Shown here: in pieces, positions 51,839 to 59,931 of the stretch
Numbering within the stretch: position 1 is the first letter of the stretch
Layout: every line of letters begins with the position of its first letter
Source of the DNA: an uncultured cyanobacterium
GTDB taxonomy: Bacteria; Cyanobacteriota; Cyanobacteriia; PCC-9006; JAAUQQ01
Assembly (NCBI GenBank): GCA_963718615.1
Contig: OY970368.1
Coordinates: 1,216,001 to 1,280,000 of the forward strand
Length of the DNA: 64,000 nucleotides
Direction of reading: 5' to 3'
The notes under the pieces: model-generated
Told to the model about the DNA's origin: nothing
The model's database searches: none
The model's input: the letters and a program-made list of their open reading frames with translations, nothing else
Translations under genes and position numbers: made by a program

Positions 51839-52054
51839 ATGTCTTCTATTCCCCAAGAATCCCCAAAAGAGTCTGCTGTCGATGGCCAAGGTGCCGTGGC
51901 AGGTAGCCCAGAACCCACACCTGAGCTTTCAGATGTTAATAGTCTCATGACCCCTGCAGAACAGCAGACTTCCGAACAAAATGTGTCCCTCAAAGAGGCT
52001 TTAGACCATCGTGATGAAGATCGCTGGGAATTGAATGCTAGCTCATCATCGTAG
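51839..52054 (+). CDS. Small acidic, probably disordered protein
   Basis: 71 aa, Ser/Glu/Pro-rich, ending EALDHRDEDRWELN; its 3' end overlaps the convergent gene. Confidence 0.55.
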   Translation: MSSIPQESPKESAVDGQGAVAGSPEPTPELSDVNSLMTPAEQQTSEQNVSLKEALDHRDEDRWELNASSSS

Positions 52055-53618
52055 AAGTACCCAAAGAAAATGACTGAGTGGGAGAACAATGCCATTCTCG
52101 TTCTACCCGCTCTACTACATAGGGGGATAACTTAATCTCAAGATCATTATGGGCTTGAATATCAATGCGGGCAAAGGAATAGGGACGATGTTTACGATTG
52201 CCTTGGCCATTGCGACCTAAAAATAACTGAGACTGGGCGATAACTGGTGCATGTTCGCCTCGACCTTCTCGCAGGAGAGGCCCCTCCTGACGTTGTCTTC
52301 GTAGGCTAAAGCCACTGCCTCCGCAGACGAGCCAATTGATTTGGCGATCGCCATGCCCCGTCTCCTCTGTTTTCAGGTATTCCAAACAGTGAGCATGGCC
52401 GCAAATAACCAAGTCAACGAGGGATCGCCCTTGATTTTTGCGACCAATCTGAGCCTGAACCTGGTCTAAAACCCAGCGTAAGTTGTGCCGAACTGCGAGA
52501 GTTTGGCCTTGATCCCATTTGGTACTTTCGGTAACGTAGGGAGGATGATGAAAAAGCAAAACTCTACCCCGTGCATCCGATTCCCAGGACCGTACTAACT
52601 GTTCACACAGCCAGTCGAGCTGAGCTTGGTCAAGATATTCTGATTGTTCAGACGGATCTAGTTGACGGTCAATATCTCGAATTCGCTCCGAGATCTGTTC
52701 CCGTTTAACATAACAATCTTCTAAATCATCGGCATCCTCAGGATTAGCAGGATTAAGGAAAACGGTTTTCTGCAACAAAGCTTGTTGCCGCTGGATTAAC
52801 TTTAATCGCTGTTCTCGTAATTGTTGACGTAGTTGTTCACCCTTTTCAGTCAGGGGAATAGGTAAAGGAGCATTAAAGGTATTAGAATCTAATGCGAAAA
52901 AATCGATACCCCCATATCGAAATTGATAGTAACGATTGGGGAGACGCGTGAACTCCCCCGGTTGATAAACCAAGCAACGACCCTTAGGAGACTCGGCCCA
53001 GTAATGGCGATCGAGATGTCGGGAAAGCTCTGCTCCCTCGTAGTTAGCCAAATAATCCAAAAAAGCGCGGGCGTAGGCATCTCCTTGGAATGAACCATGG
53101 AAGCCCACATCAAAATGAATATGCTGACGAAAGATTCGCCGAAGGGGTTCGCTGAACTTCGAAAGTATTCCCCAAAAAAGCGGCAAATCATAATAATCAT
53201 GATTACCCAGTACCGGCAAAATTGGAGTTTTGAAAATCATTTGATCATAGGCGATCGCCTCAGCTTGTTCTCCTCCGACTAACCATTCTCGATAGGGATC
53301 TACAAAATTTTGAAAATACTGCTCGCTCGACCCAACTAAATAAACAACATCCCCCGTGTGGAGCATAAATCGGCAATCCGCTTGATGAGGCAAAATTGCT
53401 TCTGCAACCCGCCGCTGGGGATGGTCATTGCGATAGGAGCGGGAACCACTATCACCCACTACGAGAAAGGAAAAAGCTGTTTCCTGGGACCGTCCATCCT
53501 CCAACCTAAATGTTGTTTGGTCAATCTGACGATGGCGGAGCGCTGATTCCTGCCAACGGACCCGCCGTTGCATCTGGCTGATTTTGAGGGCGATCGCTGG
53601 GTCAGAGATAAATTGCAT
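52038..53618 (-). CDS. Metallophosphoesterase (purple-acid-phosphatase-type motifs)
   Basis: GDSG, GDVVY, GNHD, FHHP and GHAH metal-ligand motifs. Confidence 0.9.
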   Translation of the reverse strand: MQFISDPAIALKISQMQRRVRWQESALRHRQIDQTTFRLEDGRSQETAFSFLVVGDSGSRSYRNDHPQRRVAEAILPHQADCRFMLHTGDVVYLVGSSEQYFQNFVDPYREWLVGGEQAEAIAYDQMIFKTPILPVLGNHDYYDLPLFWGILSKFSEPLRRIFRQHIHFDVGFHGSFQGDAYARAFLDYLANYEGAELSRHLDRHYWAESPKGRCLVYQPGEFTRLPNRYYQFRYGGIDFFALDSNTFNAPLPIPLTEKGEQLRQQLREQRLKLIQRQQALLQKTVFLNPANPEDADDLEDCYVKREQISERIRDIDRQLDPSEQSEYLDQAQLDWLCEQLVRSWESDARGRVLLFHHPPYVTESTKWDQGQTLAVRHNLRWVLDQVQAQIGRKNQGRSLVDLVICGHAHCLEYLKTEETGHGDRQINWLVCGGSGFSLRRQRQEGPLLREGRGEHAPVIAQSQLFLGRNGQGNRKHRPYSFARIDIQAHNDLEIKLSPYVVERVEREWHCSPTQSFSLGTSTMMS

Positions 53619-53796
53619 ACAACTTGCAGAATCAAGGAACAAGAATCAAGAAATAGGAACGTTTTTGCAAAGGTTTTCTAAAATAGGTCTTTCTGAGGGA
53701 ATAGGTTAGAAGGCGGGCTTATTATATCTCAGGTGCCTTACAAAATCGAGATGCTTTCGTCATCCTAAGAAAGCCGACGTATCCATTTCTGTCACT

Positions 53797-54660
53797 ATGC
53801 GACTTAAATCCGCCTTGCACCTGTTTCCCTTGGCATTTCAAAAATGGCGCGAGGATAATGTCTCTCGTTTAGCTGCGGCCCTGGCCTACTATACGATTTT
53901 TTCTCTGGCACCCGTTTTGATTATTGTGATTGCTGTGGCAGGTTTCTTTTTGGGGCAAGATACCGCGCAGGGGGAAGTATTGGCCCAGGTTCGAGACTTA
54001 GTGGGAACTGAAGGGGCGGCGGCGGTGCAAACGATGTTGCAAAGTGCGAGCGATCCCGCATCAGGTCTCTTTGCTACATTGATTAGCCTAGGTCTTTTAA
54101 TCTTTGCCGCATCCAATGTCTTTAACCATTTACGAGAATCGTTAAACTTAATCTGGAAAGTTGAGCCCAAGTCAGACCTATCCTTACCGCAAGTGGTCAA
54201 AAAGCGACTGCTTTCTTTTTGCCTTGTGCCCGCACTGGGGATCTTGCTCTTACTTTCTTTGGGAATTAGCGCAGCATTGTCATTTTTTGCCAATATTATG
54301 CCTGCGGATCAAGTCGTTTGGCTATCTATTTTGAGAACGCTCAACGCATCGATTTTCTTTGTGATCACAGTCTTCTTTTTTGCCCTAATTTATAAGGTAT
54401 TACCGGATGCAAAAATTGACTGGAGTGATGTTTGGATTGGTGCCGGTATGACGGCGATTTTGTTTGCGATTGGGCAATGGGCGATCGCGCTTTATCTCCG
54501 CAACAGTAGCGTGGCCTCGACCTATGGTGCAGCGGGATCCTTTGTTGTTTTACTGCTCTGGATTTATTATTCTGCCCAAATTCTGTTTTTTGGTGCCGAA
54601 TTTACCCAGATTTATACTAATCGCTACGGTTCTCAAATTCGGGCTCGAAGATCTTTCTGA
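53797..54660 (+). CDS. YihY/BrkB family membrane protein
   Basis: AAALAYYTIFSLAP, LN.IW, IYKVLPD and YGAAGS.VVLLLWIYYSAQI.FFGAEF motifs. Confidence 0.93.
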   Translation: MRLKSALHLFPLAFQKWREDNVSRLAAALAYYTIFSLAPVLIIVIAVAGFFLGQDTAQGEVLAQVRDLVGTEGAAAVQTMLQSASDPASGLFATLISLGLLIFAASNVFNHLRESLNLIWKVEPKSDLSLPQVVKKRLLSFCLVPALGILLLLSLGISAALSFFANIMPADQVVWLSILRTLNASIFFVITVFFFALIYKVLPDAKIDWSDVWIGAGMTAILFAIGQWAIALYLRNSSVASTYGAAGSFVVLLLWIYYSAQILFFGAEFTQIYTNRYGSQIRARRSF

Positions 54661-54767
54661 ACTTAATCCCTCAATTCCCGCTGGAGAGGGAGGTCAAAGC
54701 GCGTAAAAAAGCATTTAATTAAAAGCATCAACTAAAGTAAACACGACGACTGGCCTAGGGAAGCTTT

Positions 54768-57700
54768 ATGAGTTTATATAATACTGTGGAAACCACCTCT
54801 GGAATGATAGGGAGTACTCCTGATGGATGGTCTTTGCTACTGGCACAGCTTGCCCAACCTGGAATTGATACGCCCGAAGAAGCGGCGCTGATTTTTTCAG
54901 GACCTCAATTTTTTATTGCCTTGCTTTCGGGTATTGTGTTGGCATTTGGCTTTCAAATGCTACTGACCAATTTAGCAGTAGCCACGGGCGCGTCCTATTT
55001 GGTTCATCGGCCTAGCTCCAGTTCAGATAGCCTTTCCTTTAAGAAAATCACCGTTGGATTTGGCCTTTGGACTCTAGTAACGGTGAGTTTGGCTTTGTTT
55101 GCAGCATGCTTACTTGCCGTTAAATTAAGCCTGTTCAATAATGTGTTGATGGGGGTGGTTACGGGCCTGGTTATTTGGGGCATGTATTTCACCTTGCTGG
55201 TGTGGATTAGTTCCACGACCGTGGGCTCGCTGTTGGGTTCTGTTTTCAAAACGGCAACCTCTAGTTTTCAAGAACTGGTGGGGACAGCAACTGCCGCGCT
55301 GGGAGCCAAGTCGGTGAGCAATCAACTGGCTGAAACGGCTGAATCAACGGTGGCAGCAATTCGGAAGGAGCTTTCTTCGGGACTAAATGACGAAACCCTG
55401 CGGGACAACCTAAAGGACTATTTAGTTGCTTTGCGATCGCCTCAACTAGACACCCAAAACCTAGAGCAGGTTTTCGAACAATGGCTGCAAGATTCGGGTA
55501 TGTTGGCTCAGGTCGACCGAGATACCTTGGCCCAATCGGTGAATCGTCAGTCGTTTATTGACCTGGTTCAAAGCCGGACAGATCTCTCTCGCCAGGAAAC
55601 GGAACGCATTGCCGGTCAGCTCTATCGAATTTGGCAAAAGCATCTGGATCAAGCCGGTGCTGCGCAACAGCCTATTCAGGAATTGATGGGCTATCTACGC
55701 TCGGCTCAGTCGGAGGAACTACACTCCGAAAAAATGGGCGATCGCCTAGAACGTTTGCTCAGCCGCTGGAGTCGTTCGCCGGTTTCGGGCCAGGCTGGCC
55801 AACCCCTCAGCCAGGGATTCAATGTCCTTATGGGCATCCTTTTAGAACGGGCGGATCTGTCGGATCAGGACTTGGAAGGTATTGTTCGGCGGTTGAAATC
55901 GATCTATCGGCAGGTGATGGGAGAGCTGGGAGAGCGTGGCGTTTTCGCTGATCGTGCGGGAGTTCCTCCTCAACTTGTGGGTCTTGATGCCCAATCAGAC
56001 CGGTTTAGCCCGCTGCGGGAAGAAGTGGCTAACTATCTGCGCCAAACCTATAGTTGGCAATTCAAAGGCGATCGCCTTGATCAATCCTTCCAAAATTTAC
56101 TCTATGATGCAGATGCGGATCCTAGCGCGATGCGCCGTAGCGTAGAGCAAGTCGACCGCAGCTATTTTATAGAGATTTTGCAGTCGCGGGGGGTATTTAC
56201 CCAAACTGAAATTCGGGATATCAGTCTACGGCTAGAAATCATTCGTCAGCAGGTTCTAAACGACTTGATTGCGGCTGAACGGGTTCAGGTGGATAAGCAT
56301 CTACGCCGTAAACTGGAAACATTCTTTAAATTCACTCCTCGGGACGAGCTGATGGCTCCTATGGGCCTAGAAGCCTTTGAACAATTGGTTGGCGATGACG
56401 AAGCAACGGTGACCCAACTTCAAGAGCGCTATGCCCCTTTTGACTATGCCTGGATGTATCAGTTTTTCTCGGCCAACCCCCAACTGGTTGAAAGTGAAGC
56501 GGAAAAGTTGGCCCGACAATATCGATTGGTTTTGGATCGAAAACTGGCGGATGTCTCCAATCTGCAAGAGGCGACAAAGCTGCGGTTGGCTGAGCAATGG
56601 CAGTCCCTAGAAACCCATCTACGCCACACGCAAAAATCTGAACTTAATCCTGACGGCATTCGGCGTGATCTGAAAACCCTGCTGGAAGAGCCCAATGTGG
56701 GTATTCAACGTCTGCGATTCCGCTTAGCCCAATTTGATCGGGAAACCCTAGTGGCCACCCTGGCAGAACGCCCTGACATGAGTCGTGAGGAAGCTGAGCA
56801 GCTCGTCTCAGAAATTGAAACAAGCTGGACACAAGTTCTGCAAACGCCTCAGCATCTTAAGGAAATGGCCCAGTCTGCCCAAGCGGCTGCCCAAGAACAA
56901 TATGAGCAGGCAACTCAGGCGATCGCCCAATACCTACGCAATACGGGCAAGGCTGAACTCAACCCCGACGGCATTAGCCGAGACCTACAGCAATTGCTGG
57001 ATGATCCAAAGGCCGGTTTGACGGCGCTGCGCGATCGCCTCTCCCATATGGACCGTGATACGCTGGTTCAGTTGCTCAGTCAACGGGATGATCTCTCTGA
57101 AGCAGAAGTGCAATCCGCCATCGATCATTTTCAGTCCGCTGTGCAAAACCTTATTAAAGCGCCGCGTCGGTTAGCCCGTCGTGCTCAGGTTGAACTGTAC
57201 TCCTTTGAGCAGGCATTAGCGGACTATCTGCGGAACACCGGCAAAGCTGAACTCAATCCGACGGGCATCAAGCGCGATCTTGAAATGCTGGTTCAAGATC
57301 CTCGGCTGGGGGCAGATCTGATTGGTAATCGCCTTTCTCGCATGGACCGTTCAACCCTAACGGCGTTGCTGGCGCAGCGCAATGATCTCAGCCCTGAAGA
57401 AGCAGAGGCGATTGTGAATCGATTGCTGAGCGTGCGTGACCAAATCCAGTCTCAGTTTAACGCAGTGCAGCGACAACTGAAGGCTTGGGTCGATACGCTT
57501 TTGGCGAGGGTGCGGGATTATCTCAACGCCCTGGAGCGTCCGGAGCTTAACTACGAAGGGATTCGTCGGGATGTTGGCCAGTTATTTGATGACCCCCAGG
57601 CTGGGTTTGGGGCCTTGCGCGATCGCCTCAGCCAGTTTGACCGTGATACCCTGATCGCAGTCCTCAGCTCCCACGACAGCATTTCCCAAACGGACGCCGA

Positions 57701-57926
57701 GCGAGTAGCGCTGCAAATTGAGCAGGCCCGAGATGGTGTTCTACGGCGGGCTGAGCAGATTGAGCATCAGCTAGAAGGCCGTCTCAGTGACCTGAAGCAG
57801 CAAGCGCAAGCGCGGTTTGAAGAAACCCAACGGGCTGCCGAAGCCGCCGCTTGGTGGATGTTTGCCACGGCATTGCTTTCGGCGATTTCATCGGCCATTG
57901 CCGGTGGATTAGCGGTTGCAGGATGA
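54768..57926 (+). CDS. Large membrane-anchored helical-repeat protein
   Basis: Three N-terminal TMs, one C-terminal TM, and at least 4 copies of an approximately 100-aa repeat YL....K.ELNP.GI.RDL..L..DP..G...L..RL...DR.TL...L..R.D.S..EA. Confidence 0.85.
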   Translation: MSLYNTVETTSGMIGSTPDGWSLLLAQLAQPGIDTPEEAALIFSGPQFFIALLSGIVLAFGFQMLLTNLAVATGASYLVHRPSSSSDSLSFKKITVGFGLWTLVTVSLALFAACLLAVKLSLFNNVLMGVVTGLVIWGMYFTLLVWISSTTVGSLLGSVFKTATSSFQELVGTATAALGAKSVSNQLAETAESTVAAIRKELSSGLNDETLRDNLKDYLVALRSPQLDTQNLEQVFEQWLQDSGMLAQVDRDTLAQSVNRQSFIDLVQSRTDLSRQETERIAGQLYRIWQKHLDQAGAAQQPIQELMGYLRSAQSEELHSEKMGDRLERLLSRWSRSPVSGQAGQPLSQGFNVLMGILLERADLSDQDLEGIVRRLKSIYRQVMGELGERGVFADRAGVPPQLVGLDAQSDRFSPLREEVANYLRQTYSWQFKGDRLDQSFQNLLYDADADPSAMRRSVEQVDRSYFIEILQSRGVFTQTEIRDISLRLEIIRQQVLNDLIAAERVQVDKHLRRKLETFFKFTPRDELMAPMGLEAFEQLVGDDEATVTQLQERYAPFDYAWMYQFFSANPQLVESEAEKLARQYRLVLDRKLADVSNLQEATKLRLAEQWQSLETHLRHTQKSELNPDGIRRDLKTLLEEPNVGIQRLRFRLAQFDRETLVATLAERPDMSREEAEQLVSEIETSWTQVLQTPQHLKEMAQSAQAAAQEQYEQATQAIAQYLRNTGKAELNPDGISRDLQQLLDDPKAGLTALRDRLSHMDRDTLVQLLSQRDDLSEAEVQSAIDHFQSAVQNLIKAPRRLARRAQVELYSFEQALADYLRNTGKAELNPTGIKRDLEMLVQDPRLGADLIGNRLSRMDRSTLTALLAQRNDLSPEEAEAIVNRLLSVRDQIQSQFNAVQRQLKAWVDTLLARVRDYLNALERPELNYEGIRRDVGQLFDDPQAGFGALRDRLSQFDRDTLIAVLSSHDSISQTDAERVALQIEQARDGVLRRAEQIEHQLEGRLSDLKQQAQARFEETQRAAEAAAWWMFATALLSAISSAIAGGLAVAG

Positions 57927-58173
57927 ATGTAGATTGCGCTCAACTTTAAGATCAAAAAGGCTCTAGCCTAAAAACATCTAGCCTAAAAATAAGAGGGGGA
58001 TGATAACATCATGTCCCTTTTTATCTATGTTGGTACTGAGAGATCTAATCCATAAAATAAATCTATTTATAAAACAAAGGGATAAGGTCTTGCCCCATCC
58101 CTTTCATCAAAATTAACTAGGCGATCGCCTTTTAGTTGTCCATTTGTTTTCTAATTGGTTTTCTACTCAGGCT

Positions 58174-58359
58174 TTATTTTTCAACTTTCGGCACAATGTC
58201 AGGCCGCTGCTTATCTTCCCAACCTGCAGGACGCTTAGAGTTGTACCAAGCAATTGAACCAAGGGAAACCGCAGCAATAAAACCGAGGATGACCGATAGA
58301 CTTAAGGCGGTGGCGGGTCCTGCGGATACTGCGGGTTCGGTGGCAAACAAAAAATTCAT
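58174..58359 (-). CDS. psb35: Photosystem II assembly protein Psb35-like
   Basis: Single TM GFIAAVSLGSIAWYNSKRP.GWE...RPD.VPKV. Confidence 0.75.
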   Translation of the reverse strand: MNFLFATEPAVSAGPATALSLSVILGFIAAVSLGSIAWYNSKRPAGWEDKQRPDIVPKVEK

Positions 58360-58593
58360 GGTGGAATTCACTCCAGGTTTGGGTACGAATACTAGGAAAG
58401 AATAGCAATTTCTGTTTTGCTCATTCGTCCCCCTCCAGACAGAAGCGCGATGGCTCCTGGCTCTTCCCTAGGGATATTACTGAGAAACCTAGGGGGTTTG
58501 CTTAAGGGTTATAGAGCCGACAAAACCTGAGATTTATTTTGGAATAATGAATGTTTCATAGAATACAAAATTAAATCCTTAAGGGCACAAATC

Positions 58594-58607
58594 GTATCAG
58601 TGTATAC
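58594..58607. promoter_or_regulatory. NtcA-box-like GTA-N8-TAC
   Basis: GTATCAGTGTATAC between divergent psb35 and DUF2949 genes. No -10 at the canonical 22-23-nt spacing. Confidence 0.35.
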
Positions 58608-58695
58608 ATACCTAAAGTTTTGTCAACTTCCTCACGAGTTCCTCATAATTAAGTTCTAAACTCTGAAATCTAAAGCGCTAAAAAATTTTAGAAAA

Positions 58696-58884
58696 ATGAC
58701 TTATCAATATCCTCACTTCATTCGCTTTTTGAAAGATGAACTTCGGGTCTCCGAAGCAGAGCTAGCCGTCATCTTGGACCGGAGTGAACCCGACCCCAGT
58801 CTCCTCTCTATGACGCTGTGGCGCTATGGGTTTGTGACCATTGAGCAGCTCGATCGCATTTTTAACTGGCTTGCCCTCACCTAA
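58696..58884 (+). CDS. DUF2949 domain protein
   Basis: FI.FL..EL.VS and L.M.LW.YG.VT..QL..IF.WL motifs. Confidence 0.85.
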   Translation: MTYQYPHFIRFLKDELRVSEAELAVILDRSEPDPSLLSMTLWRYGFVTIEQLDRIFNWLALT

Positions 58885-59007
58885 AGCTTTATCAATTACT
58901 CATCGCTGTATAAAGAAGACTCAAAGCTTAACTCCGTCGCCGAAATCAGCTCCTAGTCCGGCTGAATCCCCTGCTGTGACTCTTCTCGGCATTCGATCAA
59001 CTCAGGG

Positions 59008-59892
59008 ATGACCATTCGGCAGTTTCTCAAAAGCTTTGGGCGCTCTTTCGTAGCGGCCATGGCCCTATCTGGGGTTGTGACCGGCTCTGTAGCCCTCTCT
59101 CTTGGCTTGGGCTTTGATCGGTTTCTCACCGCCAGTGCCCAAGACAATGATCTCGGTGACTTAAAAATTACCTATCGTCCGGCTAAACAGGGCCAGCTTC
59201 AGCCTGTTCAGCTAACGTTGGAGCGATCGCGTCTTTTCGAAGGAGTCGTGACAGATCTTAATAAAACGCTCAGTCTTCCTACCGATATCACCGTCGAATT
59301 CCTCGAATGTGGCTCGGCGGATGCCTATTACGATGGTGAGCACATCGGCATTTGCTACGAACTGGTACAGCGCTATAGCGATCGCTTTGCCGCCAAAAGT
59401 GGCAATCCCGAAACCGCTGCCCTCCATGCGGGGTTGTTTACGCTGTTCCATGAACTGGGCCATGCCCTGATTGACCAGTGGAAATTACCTGTCACCGGGC
59501 GCGAAGAAGACGCCGTGGATGAGTTTGCTGCGATCATGCTGCTGTGGGCCAACCAAGGGGATGCGGCGCTGGCCGGGGCGGAGCAGTTCGCCGCCGATGC
59601 CGAAGACTGGGATCCGCTGCCCTTCTGGGATGATCATGGGCTCGATATGCAGCGGTTTTACAACGTGGTTTGCTTGGTCTATGGCCGGGATCCAGAAACC
59701 TCGGCCAATCTCGTGGGCGAAGACTGGTTGCCGAAAGAACGGGCGGAGCTCTGTCCAGCGGAATACGCGCATAAATCCTACGCCTGGGGTCGTCTTTTGG
59801 GTCCCTATCTTAAGCAACCGATTGCGCTGTCAGTTCCGGCACCCCCTCGGCCTTGGAGTACGGCGCGATCGCGAAAGGGGTCGATAAAATAG
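59008..59892 (+). CDS. Exported DUF4344-like zinc metallopeptidase
   Basis: Signal region; CG..DAYY, ICYEL, FHELGHALI, PVTGREEDAVD, H....QRFYN..C..YG and RA..C..EY motifs. Confidence 0.85.
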   Translation: MTIRQFLKSFGRSFVAAMALSGVVTGSVALSLGLGFDRFLTASAQDNDLGDLKITYRPAKQGQLQPVQLTLERSRLFEGVVTDLNKTLSLPTDITVEFLECGSADAYYDGEHIGICYELVQRYSDRFAAKSGNPETAALHAGLFTLFHELGHALIDQWKLPVTGREEDAVDEFAAIMLLWANQGDAALAGAEQFAADAEDWDPLPFWDDHGLDMQRFYNVVCLVYGRDPETSANLVGEDWLPKERAELCPAEYAHKSYAWGRLLGPYLKQPIALSVPAPPRPWSTARSRKGSIK

Positions 59893-59931
59893 GATAGATG
59901 CTGATCCTCCTGGCCCAGATTCCTCAATTTC

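Noticed and set aside
54768-57926. MFS or other transporter call for the 1052-aa protein
   Set aside because: It has only about 4 TM segments; the bulk is soluble helical repeats.
30300-58500. Stress island as a prophage, ICE or recently mobile element
   Set aside because: There is no integrase, transposase, tRNA attachment site or flanking direct repeat, and HIP1 sites are present within it.
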